Shown here piece after piece: positions 33,775-46,842 of a stretch of 64,000 nt of DNA. Under the pieces are notes generated by a model. It was given only the letters and a program-made list of their open reading frames with translations. It was not told the origin of the DNA and did no database searches. Origin of the DNA: Leucoraja erinacea (Eukaryota); assembly GCF_028641065.1 (NCBI RefSeq), contig NC_073396.1, forward strand, positions 20,274,001 through 20,338,000. Direction: 5' to 3'. Position 1 is the stretch's first letter, and every line of letters begins with the position of its first letter. The position numbers were made by a program, and so were the translations under genes.

Positions 33775-34247
33775 GTTATTCCACTTTCTCATCCACTCCC
33801 TACACACTCGGGGCAATTTACAGAGGCCAATTAACCTGCGCATTATTGGGATGTGGGAGGAAACCAGAGCACCTGTAGGAAACCCACACGGTCACAGGGA
33901 AAACATGCAAACTCCACACAGACAGCTTCCAAGGTCACTGTGAGGCAGCGGCTTTACTAGGTGTGCCACTGCGCAGTTAGATTAGATTGGCATTGTAGTT
34001 GGTGGAGAGTGATTTGCCAAAAGACCTGTTCCTCTGCTCTAACAGTCACAGTTTTCAGGTGCTGGGGCACCACTTCTAGAACGAGGGGTGTTTTGAGGTA
34101 GTGAACAGGCCCTCAGTGATCTCCTCCCTGCCCTCAGCACCCTATTGTGTATCCCATCTGGACCAGGGTATGGACACCCTTCAGCTTGCCTTTCTAGTTA
34201 TCAACCCATGGTTGGATGTAAAAAAAATGATGTTGTTGTTGTTGCAG

Positions 34248-34345
34248 GTGTCCTGGAGAACTTGCATGCCGCTGCTTATCGCAGTGCCCTGAGCAACCCC
34301 CTCTACTGTCCAGATTTCATGATTGGTCAGCACACCACAGAGCAG
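34248..34345 (+). CDS. UQCRC2: UQCRC2 exon 7
   Basis: [32 protein letters not shown]; 98 nt. Confidence 0.96.
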
Positions 34346-34446
34346 GTGAGAAGAATGCACTGCAGACCATCCACTCAAAAACCTTTGAAAGGAACAAATA
34401 TTGATGTTCGTTGCTAATATGCCAGTGTGCTGTTGTGTCTCCATAG

Positions 34447-34504
34447 CTGCATCACTTTGTGCAAAGTAACTTCACAACTGGAAGAATGGCTCTTGTGGGG
34501 CTGG
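34447..34504 (+). CDS. UQCRC2: UQCRC2 exon 8
   Basis: LHHFVQSNFTTGRMALVGL; 58 nt; CCATAG| ... G|GTAAGT. Confidence 0.95.
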
Positions 34505-34998
34505 GTAAGTGTCATACTTGCACAAAATGTTCCACATTTAGTCGTAAAAATGGCACAAAGTGCTGGAGTAACTCAGCGGGTCAGGCGGCAACTCTGGAGA
34601 ACACGGATAGATGACTTTTCGTTTTGGGACCCTTCTGCAGCCTGAGTCTGAAGAAAGGTCCCGACCCAAAAACATCAGCCATCCATGTTTTCCAGAAATG
34701 CCAGCTGACCCACTGAGTTACTCCAGTACACTTGTCTTTTTTGTAAACCATCATCTGCAGTTCCTTGTGTCTATATATTTAAACCTTCTTGATCAAAGTC
34801 ATGGAATGCAATTTATTAAAAGGAACCAAATTCAACTGCGATGTGTTTTGTGTTGGAGATCACTGCCGTGTTGGTGAAGTGTCACTCGCTTTGTCCCTGA
34901 ATCTGAGGTGGAGAGGTTAACATTGACATGGTGCTGCAGGGTGTAGTTGCCCCAGAACCTGTGTTCAGTGCATTCATATTGTTGATCTTCTCCCACAG

Positions 34999-35094
34999 GT
35001 GTGAGCCACTCAGTTTTGAAGCAGGTGGGCGAGCATTACCTCAACATGAGGAGCGGTACCGGTGTGGCTGGGGCCCCAGCCAAGTTTCGTGGAG
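34999..35094 (+). CDS. UQCRC2: UQCRC2 exon 9
   Basis: [31 protein letters not shown]; 96 nt. Confidence 0.96.
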
Positions 35095-35892
35095 GTGAGG
35101 TTTGCAATTGGTGTGCGCAGGTCACTGGGCTGCAGGGAACTTTGCATCTCCAGCAGCAGAATCTGTCTGCAGAGAAACTAACATCAGCACATGGCCTATT
35201 TTGGGACATTAACTGTGTCATCGGGGGGGGGGGGGGGGGGCTGGTAGAGCAGCTGCCTCATAGCGCCAGAGACCTGAGTGTTATCCTGACCTTGGGTGCT
35301 GTCTGTGTGGAGTTTGTTTGTTCTCCCTGTGATCGTGTGGGTTTCCTCCGGGTGCTCTGGTTTCCTTCCACATCCCGAAGATTTGCGGGTTTGTAGGTTA
35401 ATTGGACTGTAAATTGAAAGGGGGGGGGGGGGGATAACATGCAACTAAAGTGATCTTGGCCTCGGCTCCAGGGGAGTTTAACAAAATGTCTGTGCAAGGA
35501 ATGCGCTGCAACAGTTCAGGTCTCAGAGTTTGAAGAGGGGTCCTGACCCAAAATGTCACCTGTCCATTCCCTCCCCAGATGCGGCTTAACATGATGAGTT
35601 CCTCCAGCATTTTGTGTTTGGCTCGAGATTCCACCATCTGCAATTCCTTGTGTCTGCGATTACAATAAATTCCAATCCAAGTGCAACAGATTAAATGAGA
35701 AATGTTAGTGCGAATGGTTAATGCTATCTTTCTATACAACTCTAAAAATATAGTATGTAAATAACAACATAACTAGATATTTACTTGAAAATATATTCTT
35801 TAAAGGTGGGCACGTGACAGATGAAAGTGATGTCACGAACATGAGAGGTGGCCTTCCATACCTGTGGTGATTTGTTAACTGTGTGCCCACAG

Positions 35893-36092
35893 GGGAGATC
35901 CGTGATCAGAAGAGTGGCCCTCTGGTTCACACGGCCGTGGTAGCGGAGAGCGCAGCCACTGGGTCGCCCGAGGCCCTGGCGTTTGGAGTCTTGCAGCAGG
36001 TTCTTGCTGCTGGACCTTACGTCAAGAGGGGCAGCAACGTGGCCAGCAAGTTGTATCAGGCAGCACTAAAGAAAAACACAGGGCCATTTGAA
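35893..36092 (+). CDS. UQCRC2: UQCRC2 exon 10
   Basis: [20 protein letters not shown]...[19 protein letters not shown]...GPFE; 200 nt. Confidence 0.96.
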
Positions 36093-36172
36093 GTGAGTTT
36101 TGCTTCCGTAGTAAAACATTTATTTAAATCTGCATTTGCTATCTCTAACTTGCAACATAATCTTACCAACAG

Positions 36173-36253
36173 GTTTCGGCATTCAATGCCAGTTACTCTG
36201 ATTCCGGGCTGTTTGGCATCTACACTATCTCGCAATCTGCTTCTGCAAGTGAT
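36173..36253 (+). CDS. UQCRC2: UQCRC2 exon 11
   Basis: [27 protein letters not shown]; 81 nt; follows an 80-nt intron. Confidence 0.96.
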
Positions 36254-36973
36254 GTACGTATCATCCGTGGTGTAACATAGCACAGTACAACACAGGAACA
36301 GGCCCTTCAGCCCACAATGTCCGTGCCGAACATGATGCCAAGATAAACTAATCTCCTCTGCCTGCACGTTATCTATATCCCTCCATTCCCAGCATACCCA
36401 TGTGCCAATCTAAAAATCTCTTAAAGGTCACTATCAAATCTGCCTCCACCACCACCCTTGGTAGCGTGTTCCAGGCACCCACCACCTTGTTTCACACTTT
36501 GTTAAACTTTGCCCCTCTTTCCTTAAAGCTATATCCTCTAGTCTTTGACATTTCAACCCCTGGGGAATGCTGGTGACCATCTACCCTACCTACCTATGCC
36601 TCAATTTAGTTACTTGTATCAGGTCTCCTGTCAACCTCCAACACTGCAGAGAAAACACTCTATCCAGTCTCTCCATGTAGCTAACACTTTCTAATGCATG
36701 CTGCATCTTGGTGAATCTATGCATCCTCTCCAAGGACTCAACATCCTTCCTGTAATGTGCCTTGAAACAGGGATCCTTGTTGATAATATCCTCAAATCCA
36801 GGCAAAATTCTGCCCACTTCCTGCTAGTGTCCAAATCTTTACTCATCTCATAGAGTCATACACCATGGAAACGGGTCCTTCGGCCCAACTTGCCCACATC
36901 AACCAACATGTCCCATCTACAAGAATTCCACCTACCTGCTTTTGACCCATATCCCTCTAAATCTATCCTATTA

Positions 36974-39069
36974 TGCCCTCCATAATGTTTGGGACAGACC
37001 CGTCGTTTATTTATTTGCCCCTGTAATCCACAATTTGAGATTTGTAATAGAAAACCACATCACATGTGGTTAAAGTGCAATTTTATTTTATTAAAGGGTA
37101 TTTTTATACATTTTGGTTTCACCATGTAGAAATTACAGCTGTGTTTATACATAGCTGTGTTTATTTCATGAGTACCGACTGGTGGCCCTCACCTCGGTAG
37201 TCATGAAATGCTTAGAGAGGTTGATCAAGAACCATATCTGCGCCTTCCTCCCTCGCAACATGGACCCGCTACAGTTCGCATACCGTCCAAACAGATCCAC
37301 GGACGATGCGGTCTCCCAGGTTCTGCACACCGTTCTCTCTCACCTTGACAGCCAGATGGGGGGGGGGGGGGGGGGGGGGGGGGGGCTACGTGAGGATGCT
37401 GTTCATTTACTTCGGTTCAGCCTTCAATACGATAGTCTCCCACCAGACCTGCTGAGAAGCTGCTGGAATTGGGGCTTAACACTCCCCTGTGTGCCTGGGT
37501 CCTGGACTTTCTCACCGCCAGGCCCCAGGTAGTCAAGGTGGGAAGAAATACATCAAACACCCTCACCCTGAACACAGGATCCCCCCCCCAGGGTTGCATC
37601 CTCAGCCTCCTATTGTACTCCTTGTACACAAGACTGTGTGGCCAGGTTCAGCTCCAACTTTATAATCAAGTTTGCTGATGACACTGTGGTGGTGGGCCTG
37701 ATCTCCGATAATAATGAGAAGGCCTACTGGGAGGAGGTGGCTGATCTGGCACTCTGGTGTCAGGACAACAGCCTCCTCTTGAATGTCATAAAAACTAACG
37801 AGCTGATTGTGGTATTGGGGGCTAGTTTTGGTGGCCCTTCAGTTTTCTCTTCAGCAAATAAAAGGCATGCTCAATTGGGTTCAGATCAGGTGATTGACTT
37901 GCCCACTGATGAATTGACCATTTTTTAGCTTTGAAAAACTCCATTGTTGCTTTAGCAGTATGTTTGCGATCATTGTCTAGCTGTAGAATGAACTGCCGGC
38001 CATTGAGTTTTGAGGCATTTGTTTGAACTTGAGCAGATAGGATGTGTCTAAACACTTCAGAATTCATTGTGCTACTACCATCAGCAGTTGTATCATCAAT
38101 GAAGATAAGTGAGCCAGTACCTTCAGCAGCCATACATGCACAGGCCATAACACCCCCATCACCGTGTTTCACAGATGAGGTGGTATGCTTTGGATCTTGG
38201 GCAGTTCCTTCTCTCCTCCATACTTTGCTTTTACCATCACTCTGATATAAGAATCTTCATTTCATCTGTCCACCAGACCTTTTTCCAGAACTGTGGTTGC
38301 TCCTTTAAGTACTTCTTAGTAAACTGTAACCTGGCCATCATATTTTTGCGGCTAACCAGTGGTTTGCATCTTGCAATGTAGCCTCTGTATTTCTGTCCAT
38401 GAAGTCTTCTGCAGATAGTGGTCATTGACAAACCCACACCTGACTCCTGAATAGTGTTTCTGATCTGTCGGACAGATGTTTGGGGATTTATCTTTATTAT
38501 AGAGCGAATTCTTCTGTCAGCTGTGGAGGTCGTCCTTGGCCTGCCAGTCCCTTTGCGATTAGTAAGCTCACCAGTGCTCTCTTTCTTCTTAATGATGTTC
38601 CAAATAGTTGATTTTGGTAAGCCTAAGGTTTGCCTGATGTCTCTAACAGTTTTATTCATGTTTCTCAGTCTCATAATGGCTTATTTGACTTTCATTGGCA
38701 CAACTTTGGTCCTCATGTTGATAAACAGCAATAAAAGTTTCCAAAGGTAATGGAGAGACTGGAGGAAAGACTAGGTGCTGAGAGCTCTCTTATACCTACA
38801 TTAAGGAGGCATTTAATTACAATTACAAACGCCTGTGAAGCCATGTGTCCCAAACATTATGATGCCCTGAAATGGGGGGACTGTGTATAAACACAGCTGT
38901 AATTTCAACATGGTGAAACCAAAATGTATAAAAATACCATTTAATAAAATCTGACAATGTGCACTTTAACCACATGTGATTTTTTTTCGATTACAAATCT
39001 CAAATTGTGGAATACCGAGGCAAATAAATAAATGATGGGTCATTGTCCCAAACATTATGGAGGCGACTG
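36974..39069 (-). mobile_element. Tc1 transposon (DD34E) with disrupted transposase
   Basis: Long IR/DR TIRs; transposase from ATG 38716 with HTH (LGLPKSTIWNIIKK, GRPR), WWTDE, QLDNDRKH, SPDLNPIE and 34 residues between D and E; early stop and frameshift; TA at 39070-39071. Confidence 0.93.
37170..37815 (+). mobile_element. Rex1/Babar LINE RT fragment nested in the Tc1
   Basis: ALTSVVMKCLERL...[36 protein letters not shown]. Confidence 0.9.
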
Positions 39070-39441
39070 TACTTGTGCAAATGTTTTTTAAACATCATGT
39101 TAGTTCCTGCCTCAACTACCTCCTCTGGCAACTTGTTCCATGTACCTACCACCTTTTGTGTAAAAAAAAAAAAAATGTTGCCCCTCAGGATCCCTGAAAT
39201 CTTTCCTCTCTCACCTTCAACCTATATCCTCTGGTTCTTGATTCCCCTACCCTGAGTAAAAGACTCTGTCCATTTACCCCATCTATTGCCGTCATCTGCT
39301 GCAACTTGGTTAATGGGAACTGAGAATGTTATGCCACATGAGTTTGGCAATGCCAGAATGATTAGTAACTATCATGATTGTCATAAAACTATTTGCTGCT
39401 CTCTTTTGTGTTGAATGAAATGTGTAAACTTTGAATTCCAG

Positions 39442-39518
39442 ACTATCAAGGCTGCGTTGAAAGAAGTCCAGAAGGTTGTGGAAGGCAGTGTCACTGAGGC
39501 TGATGTTACTCAAGCCAA
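39442..39518 (+). CDS. UQCRC2: UQCRC2 exon 12
   Basis: TIKAALKEVQKVVEGSVTEADVTQA; 77 nt; AA|GTAAG. Confidence 0.93.
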
Positions 39519-39839
39519 GTAAGCCCAATAACATTGACCGTGATCTTGCTGTCGTAAGTTCACTGATATCGGGCCACTCACAAAGGAAACACCAAAATCC
39601 AGCAACTATCCCTGGCGGAAAGTTTTAAACTCCACTGCCAAGATAGTTTAGGTTTAGGATGAGTCCAAGTACAATAATAGTGGATACAGGTAAGCTGCAG
39701 AATATCCAGTGCCCGGGTCTGGATAGTATAACAACAGGAGACAGCACCAAGTGCTAGAGGTTGGGTGTATTGGCTGATACTTCCATCATGGTCAACGGCA
39801 ACTTTCAGTATGGTTCAGCGATTTAAGTTTATTATATAT

Positions 39840-40338
39840 AGACAAAAATGCTGGAGAAACTCAGCGGGTGAGGCAGCATCTATGGAGCGAAGAAAATAGG
39901 CGACGTTTCGGGTCGAGACCCTTCAGACTGATATGGGGCGGGAAGAAGAAAGGAAGAGGCGGATACAGAGGGCTGTGGGAGAGCTGGGAAGGCGAAGGGA
40001 AAGAATGAGATATCACGGACTACCTAAAATTGGAGAAGTCAATGTTCATACTGCTGGGGTGTAAACTACCCAAGCAAAATATGAAGTGCTGCGCCTCTAA
40101 TTTACGATGGGCCTCACTCTGGCCATGGAGGAGGCCCAGTACAGAACGGTGGGAGTTGAAGTGCTGAGCCACCGGGAGATCAGGTTGGTTATTGCGAACC
40201 GAGCGGAGGTGTTGGGCGAAGTGATTGCCAAGCCTACGCTTGGTCTCACTGATGTAGAGCAGCTGATACCTAGAGCAGCGGATGCAATAGATGAGGATGG
40301 AGGAGGTGCAGGTGAACCTTTACAGCACCTGGAAAGAC
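39840..40338 (-). mobile_element. Penelope-like element, GIY-YIG endonuclease remnant plus terminal repeat
   Basis: Minus strand reads RFTCTSSILIYCIRCSRYQLLYISETKRRLGNHFAQHLRSVRNNQPDLPVAQHFNS. Confidence 0.85.
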
Positions 40339-40950
40339 TAATTTATATAATAAGTTTATTATATTCTCACATGTACTGAGGTGCAGCGAAAAGGCTTGTT
40401 TAGCGTGCTAGCCAATTCAAATTAGGTAATACTATACATAAATGCAATAGGCCAAACTCAAATATAAAAGAGTGCGAAATATAGTTCTCAGCATTCTAGC
40501 ACATCAGTTCCAGAGACAAAGTCCAATGTCCGTAATAGGATAGAGATGAATCAGAAACTACCCACTGCTGACTGCCAGGTCTGAGTACACAGAATGGCTT
40601 GCTCAAGTTAATGTTAGACATCATTGAGAATAAAATCCCTGATGTGAGCTGGAAATGCTTGCAGCTAATACCTTCTAATCCAGGCATTATACTGGTAAAC
40701 CACTTTTGCACCTTCTCCAAAACCTCCACATCCTCCCTGTAATGAGGCGACCAGAACTACACACAATACTCCAGGTGTGGCCCAACCAAAGTCCTATAAA
40801 GCTTCAATGTGACTCCCTGACGCTAGTACTCAAGTTTGATTCCCAGTCACCAGAAACAGGTAGGATGGGCAGGTTTTTGATGGCCGTGCAGAATGTTGAA
40901 AAGCCTTTGTTTTGAGCATCTTGTTTGATGGGCGTGGGTTTGTTTTGCAG

Positions 40951-41104
40951 GAACCAGCTCAGAGCCAAGTGGTTGATGGATGCCGAATCATCTGATGAGC
41001 TGCTGGATGAGATTGGCTGCCAGGCGCTGGAGACGGGCACGTTTGTGGCCACTGTGGATTTGGTTCAGCGGCTCGACTCTGTGTCAGTCACCGATGTGGT
41101 GAAG
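40951..41104 (+). CDS. UQCRC2: UQCRC2 exon 13
   Basis: NQLRAKWLMDAESSDELLDEIGCQALETG...LDSVSVTDVVK; 154 nt. Confidence 0.96.
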
Positions 41105-42666
41105 GTAAGTCACACTTTGAGTAGCGGCCAATACGGTTTAATGGTCATATGGACCAACAACAGAACAGTGATATTCTTACTTGCAGCAGCTTAACAGACC
41201 CGTAAACAAATTAACATGGATGATTAAAATCATTTGAAAAAATATAAACGTTAATAATACCAGAGCAAAAAGTCCTTAGTGCAACCAAAGAACATCATAG
41301 ATGCTGAGGCCAGTGTTGTGCAGTGTTTAATAGCCTGATGGCTGTTGAGAAGAAGCTCTTCTTGACGATAGACACAAAATGCTGAAGTAACTCAGCAGGT
41401 CAGGCAGCAACCCTGGAGAAAAGGATTAGGTGATGTTTCAGGGCCGAAAAGCTCTTCTCAAACTTGGTCATGGTTTTCAGACCTCTACGATCCTTCCCAG
41501 GAGTAAAGTTAGGAACATGGTCAGGGTGGTGTGGGTCTCTGATAATATTGGCTGCCTTTTTGAGGCAGTGTCTTCCATAGTTCCCTTCGATGGTGGCGAG
41601 GTCAGTACCTGTGATGGACTGGTCAGAGTCCACCACTCTCTATAATCTCATTCATTTCTGGCCGTTTGAGATGCTGCACCAGGCCGTGATGCAACCAGTC
41701 AGTGTGCTCTACCCTACACCTGCAGAAGTTCAAGTATATTCATGGACATACAATCTGGTAAGGAAGTAAAGGTATAATGTTGGTACATTGCTGTCACTGA
41801 CACTAATGTGTCCCTTACCTCCCTGCTGTTTTCTCCACTTTAAGAATTGACATTACCCTGCCCAGTTGCCTACGTGTGTCTACGCTCAGTTAGTGCAGAC
41901 GACCGCTGTGTCACGTGGACATGGGCGCAGGGCCAGGTCTCCATCCTTAGTCTGACTCATCTTCCCAGTGAACTGAGTAGGAGGACTCTGTCCAGTCCAG
42001 GGTTGGGGAAAACAAGAGTCCAGCCAAAGCCAATCCCAAATCAGAGTATTACACTTCACCTACAGGATGTTTAGATGACAAGGATGTATTGCCCCTGAAA
42101 TAATAAAATACTAGCTACTGTACAAATACAATCACATGCTTTTCTGATCAGATTAGTTTGGGCCTGTTACCCAGGGATGTAGTAGTATTTCTGTGTACAC
42201 CTGACAGGGACCACAATCCACTGGGTCACAGGGAACACCTCTCCCAGTTGAGCAATCGGGATTACTCGGTGTCAATCTCTCGATGTAACTGGCTCAGCCT
42301 TGGGTGTTGGAGACTGTGAGCACGGTGTCTGACGGTGCGGTGGTGTCCGATGTTGCGGTTCAGCTGCTCCCCTCTACAGCACTGCATTCACTTGGGGCCA
42401 CTGCAGTTCTGCGAGAGGCTGTAACCCCTCAAGTTTTAGTTCAGCCTGTCAATGATGGCTGATGGGACTGGGAAGAATTAACCTTTAGAACAACATTCTG
42501 CATTTACACAGATCCTTAACTGGGAAAACCATTGCAATGGAAATTGGGAATTCAAATAGCATTTTTATTTTGAAATGGCTATTTCAGAGGCGATTCGGAG
42601 ATGTCAAACCAACCCGAGAAACACTGTTGTGCCCATTTTCTAATGCAATCCCTCTCTGCTTTGCAG

Positions 42667-42750
42667 GCTGCGAAAATGTTTGTCTCTGGGAAGAAGTCGA
42701 TGGCCGCCAGCGGCAACCTGGCGAACACACCGTTTGTTGATGAATTGTAA
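42667..42750 (+). CDS. UQCRC2: UQCRC2 exon 14 (last)
   Basis: [27 protein letters not shown]; total CDS 1374 nt, 457 aa. Confidence 0.97.
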   Translation, partial: AAKMFVSGKKSMAASGNLANTPFVDEL

Positions 42751-42805
42751 ACTTGTTCTGCAAACCAATCTAACCTGACTGAGTTGTACTGGCACAGTCG
42801 CTGCT

Positions 42806-42811
42806 AATAAA
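42806..42811 (+). terminator. UQCRC2 poly(A) signal
   Basis: AATAAA 55 nt after the stop codon. Confidence 0.7.
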
Positions 42812-42846
42812 GTATATATCATTGTCCCAGAAAAGTCTCAGTATCC

Positions 42847-42852
42847 TTTATT
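42847..42852 (-). terminator. Candidate PDZD9 poly(A) signal
   Basis: Minus-strand AATAAA about 570 nt after the PDZD9 stop. Confidence 0.5.
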
Positions 42853-43425
42853 AATGCAACAACGAGTAAGAGGAAAACAAATAGCTAATGTTTAAATCTA
42901 AAGAATCGTTACAATCCGAACACCTTGTGCTCCGTTATATTGGCAAATCATGAACTACTTTCCTTGGCATTGTGCGGAGCTTTTGTTGAAGACAGTCCTT
43001 TAGACTTGAAGGAAACAATGGCCTGTCATACAACTGAAAAGGGTGAAGAGTCTCACCTGTTTCTAAATGTACACATACACAGGCCAGTGACAGAAGTTAA
43101 CAAGAGATCCCTTGGTAATGGGAAAACAGTAAATGCCGGATGGCTAACAGATTTTGAAATCAAAACAGTACAATGTGGTTCATTTCAAGGGGCAAAATGT
43201 TCATGCGAGTCCTTATTTGGATCGGAGTTTGCAAGGTGCTTAATACCACAAAATGGGAAAAGAGAAGATGCAAAGAAATGTATAAAGATGCAAGAGTCGG
43301 GAGGGCAACCATCAGAAGTCCTTTACATACGTCCCTTAAAAGGTGAAAGTATGTTCACAGATAGAATCCTCTCATACTGAATGATTCAGAGGAAAATCGA
43401 GTGATGGAGAAAGGACTAGGGTGTG

Positions 43426-44218
43426 CTAGTGTTGGACGATGTCGGTGGGAGGATTAGGTGGAGGCTGGAGGATTTCTGTGCTCTTAGTCCAATGCTGGAG
43501 ATGTGCAGCTTGCAGGTCACCTTCGTGTGTGATGTCCTCACGAGTGGTATCCACGCTTGAAAAGTCCACCATAAAATCCTCGATGGTGGTGAGTGACTGT
43601 ATGGAAGCGTTGGAGGAAATGCCCTGGGGATGCTGTGGCAAGGATTCTATGCTGGCTGATGCGGAGTTCTCGAGGCTGGAGGTGGAGGCGTAGTTTGTGG
43701 AGCTGCTGCTCTGGTCCGTTGAGCTTTCCGCTGCGGGAGGTGGCAGCTGATTCGGGACTGGGACCGCGTGGGCCGACTCGCCCGCTGTTCCCTCGTGCAG
43801 GCTGGTGCCTCGTTCCAAGTCCAGGTCAGGGGCCTGCAGCTGCCTGATCCACTGAGAGTCTGTGGACGATGAGGAGGACGAGGTAGAGCGCACGCTGTCT
43901 GACTGTGCGGAGCAGATGGCATAGAGCGGCGCGACATGCTCTTCCCCTTCCCTCTCAGCTGCCATGTGGTCATCTTCATGCATGTGGTGGAGCACGATGT
44001 CACAGCCGGCGTGGAAGCCCACAATCAGGACGTTACTGTTTTTCTTTGGAGTGTGCCAGGTTCTGGAAACGGGTGGGATGGAGATGCTAAGGTCATGCCA
44101 AAATATGGAAAGGGGCCTAAAGTTCTTGAACCTCACCCTCGAGGTTTCATCATCATCATCACCACCATCCTCATCGAGGTCACTGCTGCTCGACATATCA
44201 GACTCCCCTTCCTCGCTG
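43426..44218 (-). CDS. PDZD9: PDZD9 last coding exon
   Basis: Acceptor TTTTCTACAG|C in phase with the previous exon; acidic/Ser tract, SRTWHTPKKNSNVLIVG...CDIVLH and STSSSSSSTDSQW resemble the PDZD9 C-terminal region. Confidence 0.82.
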
Positions 44219-45409
44219 CTGTAGAAAACATTAGACAGAAGGAAAGACTTGTCTTTATACGGAACCTTTCTCAATGGTGGTCCTTATCCACTCAGTCATA
44301 GAGCATAGAGTCACTATTGGAGGAAACTCAACGGCCAAGTCTTTCCAAATTGGAAACACTGCATTGATGTATAGTGGGAACTTGGGGTCCAAATCCACAG
44401 CTTTCTGAAAATGGCAACATAAGTAGATAGAGTGGTAAATAAAGTGTATGGTATACTTGCCTGCATCATCATGGTATGGAGTAAGTGTCAAAAAGTCATG
44501 CTTTATAACACTCAGGTTAGGTCACTGTCTGGATTGGGATAAGGATCACGGCAGGCAGAGGGAATTAGTTTATCATAGGGATTGTGGGCTGAAGGGCCTA
44601 TTACTATGTCCTATATTTACCTCCCCCCTCCCAATGCAGGCTGCATTTCTTGCCATTCGTGGAGTATTGCATGCGTTTCTGGTCGCCTCATTACAGGAAG
44701 GAGTGTGGGGGATTTGGAGTTGGGGCAGAAGAGGTTTACCAGCATGCTACTTGGATTGGAGGATATTAGCTTTAAGAAAAGGTTGTGAGACTTGAATTAT
44801 GTCTCTGGAGCATGAGAGGTTAAGAGATCTGAGAGAAGTAGATAAAATTAAGAGAGGCAAAGATAGGGTAGACAGTCAGAATCTTTTACTCCAGGGTAGA
44901 AATATCAAATACTAGAGGGCATAGCTTTAAGGTGAGCGAGGAACGTGCAGGGCAAGTGATTTTTTTTTTACACAGAGGAATATGCTGCCACCGGTGTTGG
45001 TGGAGGTAGATACAAGAGGGGCATTTAAGAGGTTTTCAGCTAGGCACATATATATGCTAGGAATGCAGGGATATGGATCACATGCAGGCAGGAAAGAGAA
45101 GTTTATCCTGGCATCATGTTCATCACACTGTGGGCCGAAGGGCCTATTTCTAAGTTCATCCCCTCGGGCTGCCTTTCTTGTATAACAGTCTTATTGAAAC
45201 GGCAGAAATGTTACTCTCTCCATTTGTTTTCTTGTTTATTTGCATTCTGGGATCTGGATGTCTATGGCAAGGCCAGTGATTTTCAGTCACGAACAAGCAG
45301 GATCAGGCGAAGGACCGCAGATTTCCTTCTCAAACGACCGCTGATGAATCTGGATATTTTGCGCAAGAAGTGTTTTTGAAGTTAGGTTTACTAATTCCAC
45401 TTCCTCCAC

Positions 45410-46065
45410 AAGAAAGCTAATGGGATGTTGGTCTTCATAACAAGAGGATTTCAGTATAGGTGTAGAGAGGTTCTTCTGCAGTTATCTAGGGCTCTGGTAA
45501 GACCACATCTGGAGTATTGTTTACAGTTTTAGTCTCCTAATTTGAGGGAGGCCATCCTTGTGATTGAGGGAGTGCAGCGTAGGTTCACAAGATTGATCCC
45601 TGGGATGGCGGGACTGTCATATGAGGAAAGATTGAAAAGACTAGGCTTATATTTACTGGAGTTTAGAAGGATGAGAGGGTATTGTATAGAAACATATAAA
45701 ATTATAAAAGGACTGGACAAGCTAGATGCAGGAAAAATGTTCCCAATGTTGGGCGAGTCCAGAACCAGGGGCCACAGTCTTAGAATAAAGGGGAGGTCAT
45801 TTAAGACTGAGGTGAGAAAAAAACGTTTTCACCCAGAGTGTTGTGAATTTGTTGAATTCCCTGCCACAGAGGGCAGTGGAGGGCAACACACTGGATGGAT
45901 TTAAGAGAGAGTTAGATAGAGTTCAAGGGGCTAGTGGAATCAAGGGATATGGGGAGAAGGCAGGCACGGGTTATTGATTGGGGACGATCAGCCATGATCA
46001 CAATGAATTGCGGTGCTGGCTCGAAGGACTGAATGGCCTCCTCCTGCACCTATTTTCTATGTTTT
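45410..46065 (+). mobile_element. CR1 LINE 3' fragment
   Basis: LVRPHLEYC...IEGVQRRFTRLIPGMAGLSYEERLKRLGLYLLEFRRMRG plus CR1 tail. Confidence 0.9.
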
Positions 46066-46842
46066 TATATAAGCGCTGTCTGCTCTGCTGTGCGACTCCA
46101 GAAATTTTTACTCATTCGAGCACTTCACAGAATCATAGAATCATACAAATATTTTTTAACGGTTGCAATTTTATCTGCCTCCACCATCTCTGACAGCTTG
46201 CTGCAGATAACCACCACACCGCGAGATAAACTTCCCACTTTAAATTTCTCACCTTCAACCTGTGCCCTCTATTTCTCGCCTCTTCTACCCTGGTGAAAAG
46301 ACAATTTTTTCTATCTTGTCCTCTTATGATTTTATAAACCTCTACCAGGTCTCGGGGAAATGGACCCAGCCTATCCATCCTTGCCTAACTCAAACCTTCC
46401 TGAGCCAGAAACCCTGTCACCTTGCTCCTTCTCCAGTTTTACATTCTTCCTGTAGTAGGGAGACCAAGAACTGCACACAGTGCTTCAAATGTGGCCTCAG
46501 CAGCATCTTGCAGTTATATCATAATTGAATGTGGTTTTGCCAATGTTTCATACTTACACCTGTAACATTTGTACTGAAATATTTTAAAAATTACACCCCA
46601 ATCCTCTCAGCAGGTCCGTGGGATCTTTGCCTCCTATTGCAGCTGTTAGATAAATCCTCTTCAATGCAGTTACAGGGCATGACACAGGCTACTCTCAACA
46701 GTGTCACAGAGCTAGACTTCCTAAAGTTCCTAAACTCCCCAGAGAACCATGGCTGGAGAAATCAGTTTTGCCGCTCTACATAATGAGCAAACTCTAACAT
46801 AATTTACCACGGAAATTTCAATGTCAAGCGTTCCAGCTGTAC

